DNA of 64,000 nucleotides, from the NCBI GenBank assembly GCA_039918235.1, contig JBDSHZ010000043.1, forward strand, positions 22,891 through 86,890, written 5' to 3'. Positions 10,817 to 19,687 of this stretch are shown piece by piece (within the stretch, counting starts at the first letter, position 1; every line of letters begins with the position of its first letter). The position numbers and the translations under genes were made by a program. The notes beneath the pieces are model-generated. The model worked only from the letters and a program-made list of their open reading frames with translations. It was not told where the DNA came from and ran no database searches. Origin of the DNA: Pelobium sp. Its GTDB lineage: Bacteria > Bacteroidota > Bacteroidia > Sphingobacteriales > Sphingobacteriaceae.

Positions 10817-11469
10817 GTTAATTCCTTAATTTTATCTGATTCGATGACAAAGATGCCTCTTTTATTTGTAATTGATTCATTTAACATCGCTTTAGCCACA
10901 TCTAAAGCCTCAATACTCCTATATTTTTTTAAAGGACCAAATAGCAATAAATCTAAAACTGACATGATTGGATTTAAAATTTTTTCTATTGGTCTGTTTT
11001 CACTTCTGTTTCCCTTTAAAAAAGAAGGCTGATATATAAACGTAGAATCAAATCCTATTTCCTTTAAATCATCTTCAATCTCGCCTTTCATTTTGGTGTA
11101 GAAATTGGAAGATTTTGAATCTGCCCCTAGTGAAGAAACAATATGAAAAGATTTTATTCCATTTTTTAAGCCTTCATGGGCAAAATACAATGGATAATCA
11201 TGGTCAATTTTTTTATATACAGCTAAATCTGGTGTTTTATTTTTTGTAGAGCCCAAGCAACTAAAAATCACATCCCCGCTTATTTCATTTTTTAAATGAT
11301 CTAAATTTTTAAAATCAGTGATGATTTGATTTAATTTTGGATGATCTAATGCCATCTTACTTCTAACAAAAACAGTAAATGATTCATATTTTTCATGCTG
11401 AATTAAAAGTGTCAGCAATTTACTGCCAATTAGTCCGGTTGCGCCTAATAAAATTGCTTTTTTACCCAT
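10813..11469 (-). CDS. NAD(P)-binding Rossmann protein (YraR/HTATIP2-like)
   Basis: LLGATGLIG, CLGST, IDHDY and FYTKMKGEIE; 4-nt overlap with the ABC-F gene. Confidence 0.85.
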   Translation of the reverse strand: MGKKAILLGATGLIGSKLLTLLIQHEKYESFTVFVRSKMALDHPKLNQIITDFKNLDHLKNEISGDVIFSCLGSTKNKTPDLAVYKKIDHDYPLYFAHEGLKNGIKSFHIVSSLGADSKSSNFYTKMKGEIEDDLKEIGFDSTFIYQPSFLKGNRSENRPIEKILNPIMSVLDLLLFGPLKKYRSIEALDVAKAMLNESITNKRGIFVIESDKIKELT

Positions 11470-11566
11470 TTTTTATATTTTTATAGGAGTAAAAGTACGG
11501 ATTAAAGTATTGGAATAAAAATTGTGTGTTTAAACATGTATTTTATTTAAAACAAAAGGATTCAAT

Positions 11567-12277
11567 ATGAAAACGATTTTTCATCCAGCATCAGAAAGAG
11601 GCTTCGCTAACATAGGTTGGTTAAAAAGCCATCATTCATTCAGTTTCAGCCAGTTTTATGATCCCGAGAAAATGAACTTTGGGTTATTAAGAGTGCTCAA
11701 CGATGATTTTGTAGCACAAGGAATGGGTTTTGGAACGCATGGCCATGACAATATGGAAATAGTGAGTATTCCGCTATCTGGTGCATTAAAACATAACGAC
11801 AGCACCGGCAGAGAGGCCATAATTAATCAAGGAGATGTACAGATCATGTCGGCGGGTAGTGGCATCAAACATTCTGAGCAAAATAATTCTAAAACGGAAC
11901 CAGTTAAGTTTCTGCAGATTTGGGTGATCCCTAAAGAAAGAGATATCACGCCAAGATACGAGCAAAAGACATTTAATGATGAAGATAAAAAGAATCAATT
12001 TTTAACAGTGGTTTCTCCTGAAAAAGAAGGGAATAACATCTGGATTAATCAGGATGCTTATTTTTCTTTAGGACATTTAGATGCTGACAAGCAGTTAAAT
12101 TACAAATTGCACCATGATAATAATGGCGTTTATGTTTTTCTATTGGAAGGAAATATTGAAGTTGCCAATCAAAATTTAAATGAAAGAGATGCTTTAGGCG
12201 TTTATGAAGTAGATGAGATTTCTGTTTTAGCTAAAACTGATGCAAAAGTTTTAGTGATTGAAGTACCAATGGCTTAA
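11567..12277 (+). CDS. Pirin family protein (YhhW-like)
   Basis: GWLKSHHSFSF, LRVLNDD, GFGTHGHDNMEI, MSAGSGIKHSE and FLQIW. Confidence 0.95.
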   Translation: MKTIFHPASERGFANIGWLKSHHSFSFSQFYDPEKMNFGLLRVLNDDFVAQGMGFGTHGHDNMEIVSIPLSGALKHNDSTGREAIINQGDVQIMSAGSGIKHSEQNNSKTEPVKFLQIWVIPKERDITPRYEQKTFNDEDKKNQFLTVVSPEKEGNNIWINQDAYFSLGHLDADKQLNYKLHHDNNGVYVFLLEGNIEVANQNLNERDALGVYEVDEISVLAKTDAKVLVIEVPMA

Positions 12278-12299
12278 AAGAACAGCTTAAATATAGATG

Positions 12300-12329
12300 A
12301 GGCAATCCGAAATAAGGGTTGCCTTTTTT
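12300..12329 (+). terminator. Intrinsic terminator after pirin
   Basis: AGGCAATCC-gaaataa-GGGTTGCCT followed by a T run. Confidence 0.75.
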
Positions 12330-12343
12330 GTTGACCGAAAATT

Positions 12344-12392
12344 TTGCCACGAATTCACGAATAAATATCAAAGATTAGTGCATTAGTGGCAA
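12344..12392. repeat. Imperfect REP-like inverted repeat
   Basis: TTGCCACGAATTCACGAAT ... ATTAGTGCATTAGTGGCAA; 19-nt arms with 3 mismatches and an 11-nt loop. Confidence 0.6.
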
Positions 12393-12412
12393 TTAAAAAA
12401 ACGATACAGGGA

Positions 12413-12844
12413 TTAAAAATCTCTTTTAGAAAGGTAAAAATCTTCTTTTTGTGTCATCAACGCTTTATCTTTTTTGCTTTTATCTAAGTAGCCTAAAAGA
12501 TGTAAGGTACCGTGAATCATTACCCGATGGAGTTCATCATAGAAATCAACATCAAAAGTTTTAGCGTTTTCTTTAACCCTATTAATGCTGACGAAGATAT
12601 CTCCGGCAATATTTTCTTCACTTTCTGAATGGTCAAAGGTGATGATGTCTGTATAGGTATCGTGACTAAGGTATTCCTTATTGATTTTCAATAGGTAATC
12701 ATCAGTGCAGAAAATAAAATTTAGCTCTTGGAGGTGATATTTTTCTTCTTCTACCGTTTGATTGATCCAGTTCCTAAGTACGGTTTTAGACTTTATATTG
12801 AATACTATTTCTTCGCTGAAAAAGTGAATAGGGATTTTTGCCAT
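12413..12844 (-). CDS. ybeY: rRNA maturation endoribonuclease YbeY
   Basis: TDIITF, GDIFVS and HRVMIHGTLHLLGYLD (H3xH5xH zinc motif). Confidence 0.95.
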   Translation of the reverse strand: MAKIPIHFFSEEIVFNIKSKTVLRNWINQTVEEEKYHLQELNFIFCTDDYLLKINKEYLSHDTYTDIITFDHSESEENIAGDIFVSINRVKENAKTFDVDFYDELHRVMIHGTLHLLGYLDKSKKDKALMTQKEDFYLSKRDF

Positions 12845-13273
12845 TTAATATTTAAAATGGAGTTCCACTTCATTGCCACGGCTGTTGAAAATACATTGAT
12901 CAGCCAATTTTTTCATAATGTAAACACCTCTTCCTGTCAATTTCTCCAAATTATCGGGTTCAGTTGGATCAGGAATACTGCTAAAATCGAAACCCTCACC
13001 TTCATCAGCAATTGTAAATAATAACCTTTTGTTATTGATGACTTCTAAGTTTACAAAAATCTTTTTCTCAGGATCCTGCTTATTTCCATGATAAATAGCA
13101 TTGGTAATTGCTTCATTTAAGCAGGTCATTAGGTTTGCATAAACATCATCTCCAATACTCAAGTTTGCTACTAAATCATCAATAAAATTCTCCAAAACAG
13201 CCACACTCTGACCTTCTGAGGATAATTGTAATGAATATAAGCCATTCTCCATAGTGTCTGTAAAGGTACTCAT
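12845..13273 (-). CDS. RsbW/SpoIIAB-like GHKL ATP-binding protein (anti-sigma-type kinase fold)
   Basis: N box EAITNAIYHGN, G1 IADEGEGFD, G2 GRGVYIM. Confidence 0.88.
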   Translation of the reverse strand: MSTFTDTMENGLYSLQLSSEGQSVAVLENFIDDLVANLSIGDDVYANLMTCLNEAITNAIYHGNKQDPEKKIFVNLEVINNKRLLFTIADEGEGFDFSSIPDPTEPDNLEKLTGRGVYIMKKLADQCIFNSRGNEVELHFKY

Positions 13274-16200
13274 TTTAACTTTCCTGAATTTAGTTTTTTA
13301 AAATACTCACTTATTTTGGACTTGTAAAAATAATTTAGCGCCGGCGGAACTGTTTTAATCTGTTCAACTTCTTTGGCTTTCAATTTTTGATATTCTTGCA
13401 AAATCAAGTTATAATCTGGTGCAAATTCTTTTGCGGCTTTGCTTTCTCTCTTGTTATCCTGCTCACGTTCTCTGTCTGCATTTTCAGCTTCCAATAATCT
13501 GGTCTGAATATCTTGCTGACGAATTAAAGCTTCTTGGGTGATGCGTTTGTTTACGAGATCTGTTTCTGTTTGTTCCATATCTTTCATTATTTTTTCCAGA
13601 TCCCCTAATTTTCCCTGCCCATCTTTATTCAGATTGTTATTAATTTCCTGCAAAGCCTGCCTAATCATCTGCTGCTGTTGCGCCATTTTAGCCATTTGCT
13701 CACTCATCTGCCGATTACCTTTTTGCCCGGGTTGCATTCCTTGCTTTTGCATCTGTTCTTTTGCCTGCTGCATATTTTTATTCAACTGTTTCTGCATTTC
13801 AGAAAGTTGTGAAAGCCCCGGTTTAGGTTTTCCTTTTCCTCCTGATTTTGCATTTTTCATTGCATCCTGTAATTGTTGTAAGGCTTCACTTAACATTAAT
13901 GCCAAGTTATTGATAGCTGTTAATGCAAACTGCTGGTTTCTATTTGCTTCCCCAATCTTTCTTTCTGTTAACTGATCCAGAGATTCGGTAATCTGTTGAT
14001 TGATGTTTTGTATTTCTTTGTTTACGGTAGACTCAATTTGCGGAACTCTTTTACTCAAGCTGTACAAACTATCTTCTACCATTTTAAGGTTGTCTTTAAT
14101 ATCACGTTGCTTTTGACCAATTTTTAAAAAATTTGGATCATTGGTGTCGATATTTTTCAAATCAAGCATCACTTTTTCTTGATCAAAAGAGGATTTAAGT
14201 AAGTTTTGAAGAATTTGTCTCAGTTCTTGTGCATTCACTTTGCTCTCCTCTTCCTGCCCACTGTCCTGCATCTTTTGCAATTTCTGTGACAGCTGCTGCA
14301 TCTTTTGAGCGGCGTTTTTTTGTGATTGGGAAGCCTTTTGGTTTTGCTTTTTTTCTAAACTTTCTTCGGCATTATCCATTTCCTCTTGGATATCTTTTTG
14401 ATCCTCTTTCGGGTTATCAAAGTTTTCAGGCTGATCTAAAGCTTGATTTTTTTCATCCAATTCTTTAAGGTCTTTTTTAAGATCAGAAAACTCCTTTTCC
14501 AATTGTTGTTGCTTTTGTTGCTGCGCTTTAGTGTCGCTCTTTTTATCGTTGCTTTCTTTACTTAGCTGCTCCTGATCTTTTGAAAGTTCATCCAGTTTAT
14601 CAATAGCATCGTTTAATTTTTGTTCTACTTCCAGCTTTTTATAAAGCTCCAAAATCCTGTCTAATTCCTTTTCTAAAGATTTATTATCAACCTGCATTTG
14701 TTGCAATTGATCTTGAGTTAATTCCTTTTGATTCTGATCTAATAATTTCTGAAGGTTTTCTAACAGTTTTTTGGTCTTTTCATCCAATACATTATCAAAC
14801 AAATCCTGAATCTGCTTTTGCTTTTCTAAAATTTCCTTATTTTCTGGCTGTAATTCCTTACGTTCAAATAGATTTTGTTTGCTGTCTTTCTGTATGTCTT
14901 TTATCAGTTCCTGAAGCTTATTTTGTTTGTCTAAAAGCTGTTCTATTTGCTTTTTCTGCTCATATCCCATTGCCTTTTGATCTATTAAATCTTGGCTTAC
15001 TTTTTTAGCTTCCTGCTGAATTTTTTCAGCTTGTCTCATAGCCGTTTGCATTTTTTGTTTGATGGCCTGAGAAGTTTCATCAATATTCTTCAATGCTTCA
15101 TCTTTAGAAGCTAACTTATAAATCCCAGTATTGGATTTAGTATGTTTTGCACCAAAAACACCATCATTATCTGCCACATCAAAGTAATAGGCAATTTCTT
15201 CACCTGGCTGTACTCCCAATTCTTTCAGTTGCCATAAGTAAAAGAAATTACTTTGAACACTTCCCGCATCAAACTTCACAGGAACTGTAAATGTTTTTCC
15301 TTTTCTACTTTCCTCCTCTGATTTTAGAATCTGGTAATGAAAACTCAAAGCACTTAATCCATAATCATCATTTGCTTTCCCTATAAAATAAACAACTCTG
15401 GCATTTGCCGAATCGGGCCTTTCCGTTACCTCTATTTTTGGGTATTCGTCAGCAATTACATTTAGTTGATATGAAATAGAATCTCTAGCGAACAAATCTT
15501 CATTCTGTAGCAAAAGTGCATACCTGGAATTTTTCAGTATTCTTTCCTGATGGCTAAATCCTTTATTTACAGTGGGTTTTAAAGGGGTATTTTTTTGATT
15601 GATTTTGAAGTTGATGAGCGACACATTTTCTGTATCAAAAACCCATTTAATTATTGTGCCTGCTGGGATATTTAAATCGCTAGGATTTTTAATTCTTTCT
15701 GTTGGTTTTTTTAGATAAGCCGGATAAATCAGTTCCACATTAAAACTTAATAAAGCTGGTTTGTTCTTCACTTCTAAAGTAAATTCATCTGATGAAAATT
15801 TCCCTGCAACCAACCTAAATTTTTTGCTTTGCTGTATGTTTTTAAACCGATAGCTGAAGTTGATAATGTCTTTTTTATCAAGTTTAAATGTATTTACACC
15901 ATCTTCTATATAAATATCCTGTGGAATTTCATCACCGCTTAATTTAACCTTTAAGTCAAAATCATCGCCTTGTACAGCTTCTAAGTTTTGATTCAATATT
16001 TTAAAATCAAACGGAGCTTTCTTTTTATAAAACTTATTGTGATTGATAAATCGGGTTGTTCCGTCAGTTAAAATTGAAGGGGCAGCAAAAGCAATAACAA
16101 TCATTGTTGCCAAGGGCAATAAAGCATAGCGCAAATATTTTTTATTGTCTCTTATTTTAATGGCCGAAACAAAAGGAATAGGTTTAAAAGTAGCGATCCG

Positions 16201-16611
16201 TTGCGCAATACTCGCTTCAATCAGGTTTTTTTGATAAGGATTTTCCTGAGATTGTTTCTTAAGCTGTATGGTGTTGATCAGCTTATCTTTAATATTAGGA
16301 AAGTGGGCTCCTATAATTTCTGAAGCCTGTTCATGGCTAATCACAGCACCTAATTTAAGGTAGTTGATCAAATGCCTCAGCACCAGATAATAAAGTAGTA
16401 ATAATTGAGAAGCTGAAAATGTGTAAAAAAGAACAGTTCTTACATTACTGTTAAAATAGCTAAAGTATTCTGATACAATAATCAATAGATAGCTCAGGAT
16501 AAATATTCCGGCTAGCCAAATCAATCCTCTAACCACTTTATTCAGATAATATTTTCTGATAAAGTCGTCGATTTTGTTGATCAGCTCTAAATAATTCCCG
16601 CCCATGTTCAA
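13270..16611 (-). CDS. DUF4175-like large membrane-anchored coiled-coil protein
   Basis: 1113 aa; N-terminal transmembrane helices, a beta-rich middle (DDYGLS, DNDGVFG) and a long Q/K/E-rich coiled-coil C-terminus. Confidence 0.7.
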   Translation of the reverse strand: MNMGGNYLELINKIDDFIRKYYLNKVVRGLIWLAGIFILSYLLIIVSEYFSYFNSNVRTVLFYTFSASQLLLLYYLVLRHLINYLKLGAVISHEQASEIIGAHFPNIKDKLINTIQLKKQSQENPYQKNLIEASIAQRIATFKPIPFVSAIKIRDNKKYLRYALLPLATMIVIAFAAPSILTDGTTRFINHNKFYKKKAPFDFKILNQNLEAVQGDDFDLKVKLSGDEIPQDIYIEDGVNTFKLDKKDIINFSYRFKNIQQSKKFRLVAGKFSSDEFTLEVKNKPALLSFNVELIYPAYLKKPTERIKNPSDLNIPAGTIIKWVFDTENVSLINFKINQKNTPLKPTVNKGFSHQERILKNSRYALLLQNEDLFARDSISYQLNVIADEYPKIEVTERPDSANARVVYFIGKANDDYGLSALSFHYQILKSEEESRKGKTFTVPVKFDAGSVQSNFFYLWQLKELGVQPGEEIAYYFDVADNDGVFGAKHTKSNTGIYKLASKDEALKNIDETSQAIKQKMQTAMRQAEKIQQEAKKVSQDLIDQKAMGYEQKKQIEQLLDKQNKLQELIKDIQKDSKQNLFERKELQPENKEILEKQKQIQDLFDNVLDEKTKKLLENLQKLLDQNQKELTQDQLQQMQVDNKSLEKELDRILELYKKLEVEQKLNDAIDKLDELSKDQEQLSKESNDKKSDTKAQQQKQQQLEKEFSDLKKDLKELDEKNQALDQPENFDNPKEDQKDIQEEMDNAEESLEKKQNQKASQSQKNAAQKMQQLSQKLQKMQDSGQEEESKVNAQELRQILQNLLKSSFDQEKVMLDLKNIDTNDPNFLKIGQKQRDIKDNLKMVEDSLYSLSKRVPQIESTVNKEIQNINQQITESLDQLTERKIGEANRNQQFALTAINNLALMLSEALQQLQDAMKNAKSGGKGKPKPGLSQLSEMQKQLNKNMQQAKEQMQKQGMQPGQKGNRQMSEQMAKMAQQQQMIRQALQEINNNLNKDGQGKLGDLEKIMKDMEQTETDLVNKRITQEALIRQQDIQTRLLEAENADREREQDNKRESKAAKEFAPDYNLILQEYQKLKAKEVEQIKTVPPALNYFYKSKISEYFKKLNSGKLK

Positions 16612-16805
16612 AATATAAACTTAATAAACCAGATTGATATTGTAATCGCTCATTACAAATCAATTTTAATTTAATTTAAAGAAAATGAAATAGTACAGTA
16701 AAATATACAGTATTAATTTGTCTCCTTGTCTTAAGAGGTTTAAACGGCATTAGCATTATAATTGTACAAAGGTTAAAAATCAATTGTTTAATTAAATTAA
16801 AAGTC

Positions 16806-17672
16806 ATGAAAATTAAATCATTAGTACTATTGGCCGGTTTGGCGATGTTGGTGGCGTCTTGCTCGGCACCTCGTATGCTTAGAGAAGCGCAAGCTGAAAA
16901 CACGAGATTAGACAGCCTTTATAGAGATTTGCAAAATCAATTACTGGCCTGTGAAAATGCCCGTAAGAGTAGCAGTTCTGATTATGAGATGAGGATTAAA
17001 AATTTGAATGAGCAACTATCAAGCGTGAAAGCTAATAATGGACAGATGGTTGATCAGTTAAAAGATTTATCTGTAATCACAGGAAAACAAGCAGAGAGCA
17101 TCAACAAATCTTTAGAAAACATTGGTGCTAAAGACAACTATATTATCAATCTTCAATCTGCAATTGCTAGAAAGGATTCTTTAAATATGGCCTTGGTCAT
17201 GAATCTAAAAGGAGCCATTGGAAATATGGATGACAAGGATATCAATATTAAAGTTGATAAAGGTGTTGTTTACATTGACATTTCAGACAAACTTTTATTC
17301 AAAAGTGGAAGTTATGATGTAAATGATGGTGCAAAGGGTGTTTTAGGAAAAGTAGCTAAAGTATTAATGAACCAACCAGAGATTGAGTTTATGGTGGAAG
17401 GACATACAGATAATGTTCCTCTTAAAGGAAACGGAGTGTTAATGGATAATTGGGATTTAAGTGTAAAAAGAGCTACATCTGTTGTTAGAATATTGCAGAA
17501 CCAATACAATATCCCAGCAGCTAAAATGACTGCAGCAGGTAGAGGAGAATATGTTCCCGTAAGTAGTAACGATACCGTAGAAGGTAAAGCAGCCAATAGA
17601 AGAACAAGAATTGTGATTTTACCGCAATTAGATCAGTTCTTTAAACTGTTAGAAACTCCTCAAAGAAAGTAA
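16806..17672 (+). CDS. OmpA/MotB-like peptidoglycan-binding lipoprotein
   Basis: Lipobox VASC, coiled coil, then VEGHTD, NWDLSVKRA and NRRTRIVI. Confidence 0.85.
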   Translation: MKIKSLVLLAGLAMLVASCSAPRMLREAQAENTRLDSLYRDLQNQLLACENARKSSSSDYEMRIKNLNEQLSSVKANNGQMVDQLKDLSVITGKQAESINKSLENIGAKDNYIINLQSAIARKDSLNMALVMNLKGAIGNMDDKDINIKVDKGVVYIDISDKLLFKSGSYDVNDGAKGVLGKVAKVLMNQPEIEFMVEGHTDNVPLKGNGVLMDNWDLSVKRATSVVRILQNQYNIPAAKMTAAGRGEYVPVSSNDTVEGKAANRRTRIVILPQLDQFFKLLETPQRK

Positions 17673-17688
17673 CATATTAAAATATTGT

Positions 17689-17721
17689 AAAAAAAGCTAG
17701 ATGATGAGTCTGGCTTTTTTT
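17689..17721. terminator. Bidirectional intrinsic terminator
   Basis: AAAAAAAGCTAGA-tgatgag-TCTGGCTTTTTTT between convergent genes. Confidence 0.7.
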
Positions 17722-17723
17722 GT

Positions 17724-18563
17724 TTACAACGTGTTCTCATTCAAAGTAGGATTCATACTTGCATTTACCTGATAGGTATAGATATGATCATCTTTATCAA
17801 TTTCCACTATTCGATATCCCATATAGCTAGTTCCCCAATTGCCTCCAAAATGCGCATCAAAAAAATGCGGTAATTTGTTGGTATATCTTACACCATCAAT
17901 ATTATGGTCATGCCCATGAAAAGTTGCTTTAACATTTGGGTATTCATGTAAAATTTTAATGGTATCAGGGCAATTGGCGTAAAAGGTGTCTTCTGGCAAC
18001 CATTGATGGGGCGGAATATGCAGAACAACAAAAATGGTTTTCTTATCCTTATAAAGCTCTAAACTATCCTTTAAGAATTTATTATCTGGGCAGAGGTATT
18101 CTCCTTTAATGTTTGAAGTATTGCCCATCACAAACCCAATATTTCCCTTTTCAAAAATGTAATTATAACCATAGCCAAAAACTTTTGTCCATAAATCAGT
18201 ATCTGCATGGTCATGGTTTCCCGGAAGGGTATAATAAGGGAATTTAAATCTTTTAAAAAATTTTTGATCTACGGAAGCCAATAAATCAGGACGGTCATGA
18301 ACAATATCTCCGTTGATAATGGCAAAATCCAGATGGTTTTTTTCATGATCTTGATTTAACCATTTTAACAAATCTTCAAACTGTTGGTCGCTGTTTACAT
18401 CTTTTTGTCCGTAATGCCCATCTGAAGCAAGCGCAAAACGAAGTTTTAACTTTTTAGCTCTTTTATTAGTTTGAGAATCATGAGCAAAAAGATTAATTGA
18501 AGGCAGTAAGCTAATGGTTGCGCCTGCAATTCCGGTTTTGATAAAGTTTCTTCTGTTGCTCAT
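17724..18563 (-). CDS. Tat-exported calcineurin-like metallophosphoesterase
   Basis: SNRRNFIK twin-arginine signal; ASDGH, NGDIV, PGNHD, LHIPP and FHGHDH motifs. Confidence 0.88.
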   Translation of the reverse strand: MSNRRNFIKTGIAGATISLLPSINLFAHDSQTNKRAKKLKLRFALASDGHYGQKDVNSDQQFEDLLKWLNQDHEKNHLDFAIINGDIVHDRPDLLASVDQKFFKRFKFPYYTLPGNHDHADTDLWTKVFGYGYNYIFEKGNIGFVMGNTSNIKGEYLCPDNKFLKDSLELYKDKKTIFVVLHIPPHQWLPEDTFYANCPDTIKILHEYPNVKATFHGHDHNIDGVRYTNKLPHFFDAHFGGNWGTSYMGYRIVEIDKDDHIYTYQVNASMNPTLNENTL

Positions 18564-18738
18564 AATTTCAATTTATTTTAAAACAAGATGAGCCGTCATA
18601 ATTGACAGCTCACCAAATTAACTAAACCTAAACAATTTTATATGAAACATCCTCTTCGGATTTTTAATACTCACAAAAGTACCATGGAATTATTAGCAGA
18701 GTATTAATTTTTTATGAAGTTAAAAACCTCCTTTAACC

Positions 18739-19680
18739 TTAATGACATTCCCACACTGCATCTACAAACCAGCTCTTTTCATCTAAAAAATGATGAACAG
18801 GAGCAAAGCCTGTTTTTAATGCTAAATCATTAGTTTCCTGAAGGCTATATTTCTGAGAAATCTCCATAAAAACAGGTTCATTTTCTTCAAATTTGATAAA
18901 ATCGGCCTCGCCAATTCTCACCGTCTGCTCTTTTAAACTGATTAAATAACTTTTGCAGGATCCAGTAAGGGGATCGTACATTGGATAATGTTCAAAAGCA
19001 TCTAAATTAAAATCTGCCTCTAAAGTTTTATTCATTCTCTTTAAAAGATTGAGGTTGAAATCTCTGGTGAAACCAGCTTTATCATTGTAAGCAGCCCTTA
19101 TGGTTTTAGGGTTTTTCTTAAGATCAATGCCCATTAAAACCAAGTCGGTTTTGGTTAAGTTGGCTCTTAATTTTTTACAGAAATCTTCCGCTTCTGAGAT
19201 GGGCATATTTCCAATATTAGCGCCCAAAAAAAGCACAACTTTTCTTCGGGAAGAAAATGAATTTGCTTTTTCTAACATTTCGAAATATTCTCCATTAAAA
19301 CCTTTAATATTTAAACCAGGGATTTCTTTCGGTAATTCTTGTTCCAGGTGATGGATTACATTACTTGAAATATCAATAGGGAAATAATTAAAATCTACGC
19401 CTTCCTTAACCAACTGCTTTAAAAGATGTGAAGATTTGGTAGCGTCACCAGCACCCAGCTCTACTAAGTCAAACGAATTAAATCCATTTTTTAAAGCTTT
19501 AGCTATCTCAACGGTTTGCTGCGTAAAAATTTCCATTTCACAGTCAGTGAGATAATATTCCTCAGAAGCCATAATCTGTTGGAAGATTTTATCGCCGCTC
19601 TCGTCATAAAAATACTTAGCATGTAAATGTTTTGGTGTTGCACTTAGGCCTTCCAAAACCTCTTGTAAAAATTTGTTCAT
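18739..19680 (-). CDS. egtD: L-histidine N-alpha-methyltransferase (hercynine synthase)
   Basis: PKHLHAKYFYD, EEYYLTDCE, VELGAGDATK, FLGANIGN, AYND and FNLNLLKRMN. Likely start is MNKFLQ at 19680 (ORF track starts at 19710). Confidence 0.92.
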   Translation of the reverse strand: MNKFLQEVLEGLSATPKHLHAKYFYDESGDKIFQQIMASEEYYLTDCEMEIFTQQTVEIAKALKNGFNSFDLVELGAGDATKSSHLLKQLVKEGVDFNYFPIDISSNVIHHLEQELPKEIPGLNIKGFNGEYFEMLEKANSFSSRRKVVLFLGANIGNMPISEAEDFCKKLRANLTKTDLVLMGIDLKKNPKTIRAAYNDKAGFTRDFNLNLLKRMNKTLEADFNLDAFEHYPMYDPLTGSCKSYLISLKEQTVRIGEADFIKFEENEPVFMEISQKYSLQETNDLALKTGFAPVHHFLDEKSWFVDAVWECH

Positions 19681-19687
19681 AGATAGG

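Noticed and set aside
16806-17672. Flagellar motor gene motB
   Set aside because: Lipoprotein without the TM helix or conserved Asp; no motA or flagellar genes.
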